The translations under genes and the position numbers were made by a program. Below, one piece after another: positions 10,206 through 21,530 of a DNA stretch of 33,167 nucleotides (within the stretch, counting starts at the first letter, position 1; the number at the start of each line of letters is the position of its first letter). The notes under the pieces are model-generated. The model was not told where the DNA came from. It ran no database searches and saw only the letters and a list, made by a program, of their open reading frames with translations. The DNA comes from Octopus bimaculoides (Eukaryota): contig NC_068991.1 in NCBI RefSeq assembly GCF_001194135.2, positions 32,811,422 to 32,844,588 of the forward strand, given 5' to 3'.

Positions 10206-11284
10206 CCTACACAAACTCATACACACACACACCATACTGAACTCTAAGATCAGTCAGAAAAAAACCCCACACACAAACACAAAAAACATATATATACACA
10301 CACACTATCTTGANNNNNNNNNNNNNNNNNNNNNNNNNNNNNNNNNNNNNNNNNNNNNNNNNNNNNNNNNNNNNNNNNNNNNNNNNNNNNNNNNNNNNNN
10401 NNNNNNNNNNNNNNNNNNNNNNNNNNNNNNNNNNNNNNNNNNNNNNNNNNNNNNNNNNNNNNNNNNNNNNNNNNNNNNNNNNNNNNNNNNNNNNNNNNNN
10501 NNNNNNNNNNNNNNNNNNNNNNNNNNNNNNNNNNNNNNNNNNNNNNNNNNNNNNNNNNNNNNNNNNNNNNNNNNNNNNNNNNNNNNNNNNNNNNNNNNNN
10601 NNNNNNNNNNNNNNNNNNNNNNNNNNNNNNNNNNNNNNNNNNNNNNNNNNNNNNNNNNNNNNNNNNNNNNNNNNNNNNNNNNNNNNNNNNNNNNNNNNNN
10701 NNNNNNNNNNNNNNNNNNNNNNNNNNNNNNNNNNNNNNNNNNNNNNNNNNNNNNNNNNNNNNNNNNNNNNNNNNNNNNNNNNNNNNNNNNNNNNNNNNNN
10801 NNNNNNNNNNNNNNNNNNNNNNNNNNNNNNNNNNNNNNNNNNNNNNNNNNNNNNNNNNNNNNNNNNNNNNNNNNNNNNNNNNNNNNNNNNNNNNNNNNNN
10901 NNNNNNNNNNNNNNNNNNNNNNNNNNNNNNNNNNNNNNNNNNNNNNNNNNNNNNNNNNNNNNNNNNNNNNNNNNNNNNNNNNNNNNNNNNNNNNNNNNNN
11001 NNNNNNNNNNNNNNNNNNNNNNNNNNNNNNNNNNNNNNNNNNNNNNNNNNNNNNNNNNNNNNNNNNNNNNNNNNNNNNNNNNNNNNNNNNNNNNNNNNNN
11101 NNNNNNNNNNNNNNNNNNNNNNNNNNNNNNNNNNNNNNNNNNNNNNNNNNNNNNNNNNNNNNNNNNNNNNNNNNNNNNNNNNNNNNNNNNNNNNNNNNNA
11201 AAGACCTCTGCATTTTTAAATCCTCTTTCCTGTATATTTTCACTCGTGTGGTACCTTGCAAGTTTTCTCTCTCTCTCACGCACG

Positions 11285-11340
<56 letters not shown>

Positions 11341-11399
11341 TATATATATATAAGAGAGTATTGTAGTTCACTTGAAACATTGTGTATTGTTTGTAAAGA

Positions 11400-12645
11400 A
11401 TAGAAAGTTTTGAATGGTACAACAATTCACTCTAATACAAAAAATGGACTATATACTTGTTGTAATTTAGTTATCTATAGTCCGATGATATTTCGGAATA
11501 CAATTCCTTCTTCAGATATTCTTAGATGGAGTCTCTGCTATAAACTGTTTACTAACGGCTTTTTCTTTTTTTGGAAGCATCTCAGCAGGGGTCTCATGAA
11601 GCTCCTTCTGGAATTCCTCATGGGAAGTGTGTGAGGTTGGCTATGTCTCAATTTCGTGTGTTGGTATATCTGTAGCGCTGCTTCTAAGTTATATGTTATA
11701 CGTGCAGCTTCTCTTTTATTTATTTTTTTTGTTATAAACAATACATGTTATTAAGAATGAACCTACACGCGTAGCTAAATAATATATTGATTACCAATCT
11801 CCAGCCTGTTGTTAATTTGGGGTCCTAGTCTGTGTATGAGTAATGCTTCCTTAATTCTTAAATTACCCAAATTTCCCAAGTGCAGCAGAACGGAGGAAAA
11901 GATGACCCACACTACACGCTTCCTAGATATATTGAAAACCAACAGGTATCCTAGATCCATTATAAATTGGCTTAAGTACCCAAGACGACCAACACGCCGA
12001 ACACATAGAAAACCCAGCAACACATGCTTCCTTAAAATACCCCATTTTAGCAAGAGGATAACTACAGCCATCCGAACAGCCATACAACTAGCCCACTCCG
12101 GCCCCTCTGAGAGAACACCTCGCAAAGAAATGAATAAGGGATAACAATCAATGCACATTAACAAATTGTCCCATCCGTGACACAGTTTTATGCCAACGGG
12201 TAAATGCTGTGTATAGAATACAATGTAACAAATGCAAAAGTTCTATGTGGGTAGCACAATAAGACCGTTACACGTCCGCATCAAAGAACATCTGAACATG
12301 AGAGCCTCCTCCTTCAGAAAACATCTAGACAGATGCTGGAACACTGACAAAAGCATAACAGTCACAATTGAGGACAATGAAAGAAATTTGGGTAATTTAA
12401 GAATTAAGGAAGAATTACTCATACACAGACTAGGACCCCAAATTAACAACAGGCTGGAGATTGGTAATCAATATATTATTTAGCTACGCATGTAGGTCCA
12501 TTCTTAATAACATGTATTGTTGATAACAAAAAAAAAAAGGAGAAGCTGCACGTATAACACATAACTTAGAAGCAGCGCTACAGATATACCAACACACACG
12601 AGATTGAAACATAGCCGACCTCACGCACTTCTCATGAGGAATTCC
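11400..12645 (+). mobile_element. Penelope-like element fragment (RT thumb/linker and GIY-YIG endonuclease) with inverted terminal repeat
   Basis: LKTNRYPRSII..FLKIPHF, then NAVYRIQCNKC/(fs)QKFYVGSTIRPLHVRIKEH..LRIKEELLIHRLGPQIN. 11610-11875 is the reverse complement of 12383-12645. The left boundary is approximate. Confidence 0.85.
11485..11517 (-). ncRNA. Hammerhead-like core in the inverted Penelope repeat extension
   Basis: Minus strand reads AT-CTGAAGA-A-GGAAT(tgt)ATTCC-GAAA-TAT-C-AT. The core and stem II are intact, but stem I is only 2 bp. Confidence 0.45.
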
Positions 12646-12986
12646 NNNNNNNNNNNNNNNNNNNNNNNNNNNNNNNNNNNNNNNNNNNNNNNNNNNNNNN
12701 NNNNNNNNNNNNNNNNNNNNNNNNNNNNNNNNNNNNNNNNNNNNNNNNNNNNNNNNNNNNNNNNNNNNNNNNNNNNNNNNNNNNNNNNNNNNNNNNNNNN
12801 NNNNNNNNNNNNNNNNNNNNNNNNNNNNNNNNNNNNNNNNNNNNNNNNNNNNNNNNNNNNNNNNNNNNNNNNNNNNNNNNNNNNNNNNNNNNNNNNNNNN
12901 NNNNNNNNNNNNNNNNNNNNNNNNNNNNNNNNNNNNNNNNNNNNNNNNNNNNNNNNNNNNNNNNNNNNNNNNNNNNNNNNNNNNNN

Positions 12987-13019
<33 letters not shown>

Positions 13020-13029
13020 GGGTGTATAT

Positions 13030-13215
13030 ATGTCTGTTTTCCAAGCTGGCATGAGTTGGATAGTTCAATAGAAAGTGGCAGGTCAGAAGACTGCACTAAT
13101 CCTTGCTGTCTGCTTTGACATGGTTTCTATAGTTGGATGCTATTCCTAATGCCACCCACTTTATAGAATGTACTGGGTGCTTTTTACATGGCACCAGCAG
13201 CAGTGAGGTCACTGA
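13030..13215 (-). mobile_element. Old SINE/RTE-tail-type repeat fragment
   Basis: The reverse complement matches 28520-28700 (CTGCTGGTGCCATGTAAAAA..CACCCAGTACATTCTATAAAGT..CCAACTCATGCCAGC). Confidence 0.7.
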
Positions 13216-13559
13216 ATAATTTGCAAGAGAAGACCCCTCAGCTGAGATAAGGAGTAATATTGAGAACAGAAAAGGGGGTCATGCATTAGAGGGGAAACAT
13301 AGCTGCCTGAGGTGGACAGAGAGTGGACAGTAAGAGTAAGTGGTGGTGAAAGTGAGTGGGCTGAGGACTGGAGCAGGCAAGTATATGAGATTGCAAAAGG
13401 ATAGTGGTAGATGAAGGAGGAGTATAATGAATGGGCAGAGGTAGCAGGTGGAGTTATTAGTAGGATAAGTTGTGGGGAAGTGATTCAACGAGGATATATT
13501 GTTTGCAGGTAGATCTCCAGCCTAGCAAATAGCCAATTGTCTCGGTTCTTTGTTATCTC

Positions 13560-14665
13560 CCTTGTGAAGCTTAACATATGAAGATCATTTCTTACCACTT
13601 TGTCCCCTGACTTCCTTTTCCAAATGTACCCTCCACATTTAGAGATCAGCACCTCTTTATGCAGCTGTTGTCATCTACATGCACCATATGACCATAACAC
13701 AGTCTTCTCTTTTGCACACTACATTTGATGCCACTTGTGCCCAGTTTTTCTCTTAAAACATTTACACTTCATAATACATGCACACAGACATTGCATATTC
13801 AACAAAGCATGCTGACTTCATGTCTTTCAATCCTTTGCATGTCCTCTGTAGTAACAGCCCATGTTTCACTACTACATAACCTTGCAGACTTCACACAATC
13901 TGCCTGTCACTCTGAAGGAGAGGCCTTTGTTACCAACAAAGGTAACATCTCTCTGAACTTTGTACAACTGGATTCTAAGAACTACACTTTCAGAGCAACC
14001 CCCTTCACTGCTAACTTCATCACCTGGGTAATAGAAACTATCAACTACCTGCAAGGATCCCTCTGGACATTTGAGGATGTCTATTTCCTGTACATTCTTT
14101 GTGTTTATTGTACCTGCCTATCTACAAAACACAGAGAATACTTTCTCTGTTAACTTTCTTGTGAATCCACTGTACCTCTTATGTATCCATACACTGCTCT
14201 GGGCGCACCATATGGAATCTCTATACCTTTTCTACAAGCAGGGCCATTTCTCTGAAGGGATTAGTAATCTGCTTTCCTGCTTGCTTTCACACCTGAAATT
14301 TATTCTCATATTCTACAAGAGAATAAGATCATCAGCATAGAGGAGCTTCCAAGGGTAGTCAGTCTTAAATTCCTCAGTTATGGCCTGGTGGACTATAATA
14401 AACAGGAGGGGGCTGAGAACTGATCACTGGTGAACTCTTACCTGCACACTAAGTTTGTCGTTATGCTCATTGCTGACTCTCACCTGACTGACAGCATCCG
14501 TGTACATGGCTTGGACAGGTCCCACCAACTACTTATCTACCCCTAGCTTCCACAGTGAACACCAGATGAGGAAGCAAGGGACCCTGTCAAAGGCCGTCTC
14601 CATATTGACAAATATTATGTATAGCAGTTTATTTATCATTAAATGCTTCTGTTGCAGTTGCCTTA
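13560..14665 (-). mobile_element. Old, decayed RTE LINE (same family as 2400-4862)
   Basis: Minus strand gives LYIIFVNMETAFDRVPCFLIWCSLWKLGVDK, the LLYADDL region, and QVVDSFYYPGDEVSSEGGC. Boundaries are approximate. Confidence 0.85.
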
Positions 14666-14963
14666 CTAGGAAGATAGTATGCGTGTATACATATAAACAT
14701 ACATATATGCGTGTGTCTATATGTATTTCTATATTCATTGTGATTGGCACTGAGTTTTCTTTAATGTAAACTGGCGATTTCTTGAAAATATAAATTTTTA
14801 TTACTTGATTACTACTGTCTCACCTACACTGAGGTCATTTAAATGATTAACAGGTTTGTAGTATTTATCTACAGATGAATATTGCTGTGACATTTGTAAA
14901 AGAAATATATTTATCGCATTAAATGTCATTTCTAAATGCCTCAGTAAATAATGTGCTGATTAG

Positions 14964-15181
14964 TTAATCCTTTAGCATTTAAACCAGCTATATCTGGCCC
15001 ATATTATCTATCTGTTTTATGTTCAATCCAGCCAGACCTGGCTTCTCATACAATGTCATTTTGGAAATAAATAATTACATCATTGAAATCTCAAGTCTCC
15101 AAGATAATGTATGATTAATTTAAAACAATGTGAATAAATATGCATTATATTTCACAGAGTAATCTGAATCATAAAGGATAA
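14964..15181. mobile_element. Short MITE-like element with piggyBac-type ends
   Basis: Starts TTAATCCTTTAGCATT and ends AATCATAAAGGATAA, an imperfect inverted match with TTAA on the left. Confidence 0.5.
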
Positions 15182-16209
15182 AATATTAAATTACACCTTT
15201 CCCTTTAATTAGTATGTTGGATACACCTGCTTCTCCTAAAATATTTTTCTAGATTTCTGAAAAGTACCTCACAAATTGCATTGTAATGTGATAATTCAAA
15301 TAATGCCTGATGAAATGAAGTGGTTATTTTGTTCTATTATGTAACATATCAGTAAGCAATAAGTTCTCATAGAAAAAATTGTTACATAATTGAAAAGTCA
15401 TCTTCATTCTTATTCATTTATTATTATTTTCTCAGTAATACATGTACAACATCTAGTTGGTTTTACAGTATTCTTAATTAACTAGTTAATGTTTCATTAA
15501 TAGAGTGGTTGATAAAGTTTGATGGCATTCCTTTTGTTGGCATGTGTGTGTGTGTGTGTGTGTGTGCACGTGCACATGTGTATTGGTATAGTTAAGTTTA
15601 AATTGCATAACATATTACTGGTCTCATCATCATAATCATTGTTTCAACATCCACTTCAATAAGGATACTATTTACATTCTTGACTGTCTTTCAAAGATTA
15701 ATGACAATAAATCTATGCCACTTATAATCACCAGTACGCCTAACAAAGGTTCTTTAAGTAAATATTTTAATGTTTCTCAAATATATCCCATTTTGAAACA
15801 TGGTAACAAATGTCTTTCTTTCTTAAATAATAGTAGCTAGTGGCAATGGCGACAGTAGCATGATCATTGGCATTGTCATTATAAATATATGTGTGTGTGT
15901 ATATATATGTCAACCAGTTTTACTCAAAGCATTGATCAGCATGTGGCTATAGAAGAACACATCACTCAACGCTGCCCAAATAGTGGAAACAGATCCTAAA
16001 CCATGTGCTTCCAAAGAAAACTTCTTAACCATATGGATATGCCTGTGTATAAAACATATTTTAGAGATTCTGATATTCAGAGATTGTGGTTTCTGGAATT
16101 TAAATATTTTGAGACTGATCTTTTCAGGGTTTTATTATTTGAGTATTTGGGATTATGATTTACTTCTTTCTCCTCACTGTAATTCATCAGTAATCACCCT
16201 CTTTTTTAA

Positions 16210-17485
16210 CCTTCTCGATACTAAGCTGGCCAAAAAATTTTTTGGTTCATAAGAACAACCCAGACGCAGCCGGCTGAGAGTACCCCTTGTTATTTCAATG
16301 TGAATTCAAGCACAAATCTCATTAGTACTTTTGTGAAAATACGTGATTTCACTTTGTAAATAGTATCCGACATTGTTTGACATATCTGAACCCAGTGAAT
16401 TTTGGGAGATTTTTTTCCACATTTTTTCTGCATCAATTCTTTTTTCAACTTTGAAAATGGATAGGAGTTTCATGCTATCAAGCAGTGATTCCGAATTTAA
16501 AGGTTTTTCAACAGAAAATATGGAGATATCAAGAAAAAGAATGAATGAGGAACAAAAGCATGTGGTGTACGAGAATGAATAGGATATTTCTGTATCCGAA
16601 ATTGAAAGCAGCAATTCTGAAGAAACTGAAAGCAGCAATAGTGACAGTAAAGATGATTTTACATCGGAATGAAGTAAAAACTTTAAAAATGTTTTTATTA
16701 GCAATTTTTCTGAGGAGATAGGGTCTATCCATAGTTTTTCTTAGGAAGCGAAACTGTTAGACTTTTATTTTTTTCAGTATGCTTGTTTGAAGCGATCACT
16801 GTGGAAACAAACTGTTGCACAGAATGTAAGCAAACAGTATATGCCAGGAAAGCCCACGAAATGAGGGGTCAAAGTTTGGAAAATTTGTGAAGCAAATACT
16901 GGGTAGTGCTGTGGATTTAGTTTTTATTCAGGGAAAATAATGTTAGTCAGCATGGCCTAGGGTATGATGTGGTCTCGAATTTATCACTTCCATACCATAA
17001 CCAGGGCCGTATATTATTTTTTGACCGATTTTTTAGTTTGGTCAAACTTGCGGTGGATTTAGGTGGATTCCAGTATATCAGTTTATTTCACCTTTGTGGT
17101 ACACCAGTTTTGTTGTGCATTAAATTCAACTGATAATCTAGTGATGTGCACAATTCTTCTATATCAAAATTTTGTTGCATACCCAATTGAATATTAGCAG
17201 ATGATTCATTTTCTATGGTGATGTTTAAACAAAATTTTAATATTTTTACCTTTTGCTCAGTTTACCGAGATTTACCTGTAATTAGAGTCACTTTAAGACA
17301 AAAGTTATGCAATAGAATTGATTAAGAACCCTTTCTGTAATTATGTTCCAAATACCACATTAATATGTTGATAAGTAAATAAGTTACAGTTATTTAATGA
17401 AACTAGTCTAAATTCATGATAATTTTAGAATTTAATTGAAACTCATGAAGGGTGTATTTTGGTCAGAAATATAGTAATGAAAGGG
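16210..17485 (+). mobile_element. Internally deleted piggyBac-superfamily transposon
   Basis: TTAA at 16206-16209 and 17486-17489, with imperfect TIRs CCTTCTCGATACTA / CCCTTTCATTACTA. Acidic N-terminus, then KQYMPGKPTK*GVKVWKICEANTG and GLGYDVVSNLSLPYHNQGRILFFDRFF (16820-17050). Confidence 0.85.
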
Positions 17486-17559
17486 TTAATCAAGTTTTTG
17501 GTCATGTCACCCTGAATGAACTGAGACAGTTTAGAGTAGTGAGGACTCATTTATATTGT

Positions 17560-18125
17560 AGAGTACAAGATAACCTCACTAGTGTTGGTGTCATGATAAT
17601 GTGCACACAGCACACTCTGTAAAGTGATTAACAAATGAACAAATACATAGTGTGGAGAGGACTCTTAAGTCTTGTCTTGATGAGGATAAAAACATGACAA
17701 CCTCTCATTTGATTGTGCTATGATAGAATGTACCTAGTATAACCTATAAAGTGACCAATGAACAAGCAGGTATGTGTAGACCAAGCATACCCTTTCATTT
17801 TGCCTTATTAGAGACACAACATATCTCCCTGGTGCTGGTCCAATGATAAAATGCACTTGGTACATTCTGTAAAGTAGTTTGCTGAAAAGGCAGAGGTGAC
17901 ATAAGTTGCCAACTTCTCTAGTGCTGGTGCCATGATATAAGGCACCAGTGGTTAAAGTTGAAAAGAACATTTAGCTATCAAAACCCCATCAACAACAGAA
18001 CATACAAGTCAGGTGTAATCTCTGACCCATCTAGGAAGACAATAACTCTGATTAAGAACTGACTTAAACTGCAAAAACCCATCCAATCAATGTCAGCATG
18101 AAAAGCAAGTGTAAAATGATGAGGC
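17560..18125 (+). mobile_element. Old repeat with GTGCTGGTGCCATGATA-type modules and RTE-like tail
   Basis: Three degenerate modules (about 17580, 17830, 17920) and the tail CCCATCCAATCAATGTCAGCATGAAAA..AAATGATGA. Similar to 28520-28712. Confidence 0.45.
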
Positions 18126-18983
18126 AAAATGATTTTAAAATTCAATTTACCTTAATTTAGTTTTCCTCTCCTCATGGAATCGTTCAACAAATCTGTTTGC
18201 CTATAATTTGGATTAAAAAATACAAAGAAAATATTAACTCTAATGGAAAATACTAGTTTTATAAGAAAAAAAAAATCACTTTGAACAAAGAGGATTAGAT
18301 TTTCTTTTTCACCATCTTTATTTTCTAAAATATTTTCTTTCTTGTACAATGACCCAGTTTCTCCTTGTATATGATCCATTTTCTCCAAGTAAATAACGTG
18401 CAACAGATCTGTTACAAGTAAGTTAAATTGCAAAATACATTTTAGAACTTTAGGGATTAAACAGTGAACAAACAGCAGCACCATGAACTTTTGCAGAGCC
18501 TCGTAGACTGATTGTATAAAGTGAACATGAAATTAGGGCTGTGGAATCAGAATTAATTATTGAGTTATTGGTGTAGGAAATAATTATTAGGTTACTGGAG
18601 TGTGAGTTGTGGAATGAGTCACTAGGTTACTGGAGCTGAGGTAGGTCAGAAGCAATCATTGGATTATTGGAGTTGGAGTCAGTAAAAATATAGCAAGTCA
18701 AACTCTTGATTAAATGCAAAATCACCTTTCAAAATATACATCTTGAAAAATGCAAACCAAAAACATCCCTGTTAATATGAAAGCAATATATCATAATATC
18801 AGTAACCTGCAAATAAAAGAAGTGATTCTAATAAGAAAAAAGAAATGCAATCCAACAATTAACAACCAGATAGAATGTAATGCATGCCAAGGAATACTCT
18901 ATGGCTCACAATATTTGAGCCAGTTCATTCTCATATCACCACACCCTGACACTTGACTACAGAACACAACCCAAGAACAAAAT

Positions 18984-19162
18984 GGGTCATCTTCAAGACT
19001 CTCCAATTCTCTCCTAAATTCAACTGCCCACTTTTGCACTGTTAATAAAGTTGGAGTGTCATCCTATAATGTAGTGACCATGTCAGCATGAATGTCCCTG
19101 AGGACTAAACCCTTTCTCTGCAGGTACTTGATAACACCATGATGCCAAGTCAAGTTTTCCAT
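18984..19162 (-). pseudogene. Mariner transposase N-terminal HTH fragment
   Basis: MENLTWHHGVIKYLQRKGLVLRDIHADMVTTL*DDTPTLLTVQKWAVEFRRELESLEDDP. Confidence 0.85.
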
Positions 19163-19343
19163 ACTTTTATATTTAAATGATGAGACATAGTTGTAAAATC
19201 AGAGTTTGAAAGATGTTGCACAGTATCCTATGTAATGGCATTTATTATTAGTATTCCTCTTCTTATAATTTTTATAGCTGTTGTTTTTGGTGTAACTACA
19301 CCTCCTATTGTTATTATTACACTTAGTTTTATTCCTACCATTT

Positions 19344-19378
<35 letters not shown>

Positions 19379-19557
19379 GGTTCTAGCCCTATCTTTATTA
19401 CTAGCTGCATCACTGATACCCATCTCATATTTCTCTTACCATTTTCATTATTTTTATTAGTACGCTTATCATTTTGATTTTTACAAGTTTCATTATACTT
19501 GCTGCTATTAGTGTTGTTTTTACCATGATTTTCATGTTTAGTATCACCATTACTAAT

Positions 19558-21530
19558 CATCATCATCATCATCATCGTTTAAGGTCTGCTTTCCATGCTA
19601 GCATGGGTTGGACAATTCGACTGAGGACTGGTGAACCAGATGGCTACACCAGGCTCCAATCTGATTTGGCAGAGTTTCTACAGCTGGATGCCCTTCCTAA
19701 TGCCAACCACTCCGAGAGTGTAGTGGGTGCTTTTATGTGCCACCGGCACGAAGGCCAGTCAGGAGGTACTGGCAATGGCCATGCTCAAAATGGTGTATTT
19801 TACGTGCCACCTGCACACGGGCCAGTCTAGTGGTACTGGCAACGAACTCGCTCGAATGTCTTTTCACGTGCCACTGGGTCATGTTCAAATGGTGCTATTT
19901 ACGTGCCACCGGCATGAAAGCCAGACAGCTGGTGCTCTGGCAACGATTACGCTTGGACGGTGCTCTTAGTGATCCACTGGTACAGGTGCCATCACGATTT
20001 CGCTTTTGCTTGCCCCAATAGTTCTTTGCAAGCCAAATCTAGTGTTCTATGAGGACGTTGGCATGGGTGCCAGTCTACAAATTTAGTTCGATTTCACTTG
20101 CCTCAACAGGTCTTCGCAAGCGGAGTTTAGTGTCCAAAGAAGGAATGTTACGCATAAGTGGGCTGGCTACACCCCTGGCAGAGGCTTTGGATTTTGGTCT
20201 CACTTGGCTTGCCGGGTCTTCTCACACACAGCATATTTCCAAAGGTCTCGGTCAGAAGTCATTGCCTCAGTGAGGCCTAATGTTCGGAGGTTATGCTTCA
20301 CCACCTCACCCCAGGTCTTCTTGGGCCTGCCTCTTCCATGGGTTCCCTCAACCGCTAGGGTGTGGCACTTTTTCACACAGCTATCCTCATCCATTCTCGC
20401 CACATGACCATACCAGTGCAATCGTCTCTCTTGCACATCACAACTGATGCTTCTTAGGTTCAACTTTTCTCTCAAGATACTTACACTCTGTTGGATATGC
20501 ACACTGACATTACTCATCCATTGGAGCATACTGGCTTCATTCATTGCGAGCTTATGCATGTCCTCAGCAGCCAAGGCCCATGTTTCACTGCCATGTAGCA
20601 TGGCTGTTTGTACACATGCGTCATACAGTCTGCCTTTTACTCTGAGTTAGAGGCCCTTTGTCGCCAGCAGAGGTAAGCTCTCTGAACTTTGCCCAGGCTA
20701 TTCTTATTCTAGCAGCTACACTTTCAGCGCACCCACCCCCACTACTAACTTAGTCACCCAGATAGCAGAAGCTATCAACTACCTCTAGTTTTTCTCCCTG
20801 GAATGTGACAGAAGTTGTTTTCTGCACATTTTCAGTGCTTATTGCACCTGAACATCTGCCACATACAAAAACTAACTTCCTAGTTAACCTGCCTTTGATA
20901 TTGCTGCACCTCTTATGTGTCCATAGCTTGCACTGGGTACATCTTATAGAGTTTCTACCTACACCTTTTCTACAGATCGAGCAGGGCCATCTACCTGAAG
21001 GGGTTTGTATTTTGTCTACCTTCCTACTTATTAGGACGCTGGTTTTAGCTAGGTTGACTCTAAGGCTCTTTGATTCTAGTCCCTGCTTCCACACCTGAAA
21101 CTTCTCCTCTAGTTCTGATAGTGATTCAGCAATTAGGGCAAGGTCATCAGCATAGAGGAGCTTCCAGGGGCATCCTGTCTTGAATTCCTCTGTTATCGCC
21201 TGGAGGACTATGATAAATAGGAGGGGGCTGAAGACAGAACCTTGGTGGACCCCTACCTCTACTTGGAATTCTTCACTGTACTCATTGCCGACACTCACCT
21301 TACTGACAGTGTCTCTGTACATGGCTCGCACAGCTCTCACTAACCATTCTTCTATCCCTAGTTTCCTTATTGACCACCAGATAAGGGATCGGGGGACCCT
21401 GTCAAAGNNNNNNNNNNCCCTAGTTTCCTTATTGACCACCAGATAAGGGATCGGGGGACCCTGTCAAAGGCTTTCTCCATGTCAACGAAAGCCAGATACA
21501 GAGGTTTATCCTTGGCTAGGTATTTCTCCT
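19558..21530 (-). mobile_element. 5'-truncated RTE LINE (RT with PHD-type finger, 3' UTR, (CAT)n tail on +)
   Basis: ORF 20750-21439 has GVHQGS, LLYADDL, the PHD-type finger and VVDSFCYLGD. ORF 20200-20601 gives the C-terminus. The family tail is at 19558-19612. Confidence 0.95.

Noticed and set aside
10207-11353. Long ORFs of 340-376 aa (also 8771-9151 and 12484-13096)
   Set aside because: They are artefacts of N gaps translated as X, plus CA/TA microsatellites.
18520-18700. Degenerate GGTTACTGGAG-containing repeat
   Set aside because: It has only two or three weak units and no assignable element or function.
19199-19830. Hydrophobic Ile-rich ORFs resembling membrane proteins (also 1749-1937, 2097-2288, 21506-21889)
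   Set aside because: They are translations of ATT/ATC microsatellites and RTE UTR sequence.
21356-21469. Exact approximately 50-bp tandem duplication inside the RTE RT
   Set aside because: The two copies sit on either side of a 10-N gap, which is typical of unmerged overlapping contig ends.
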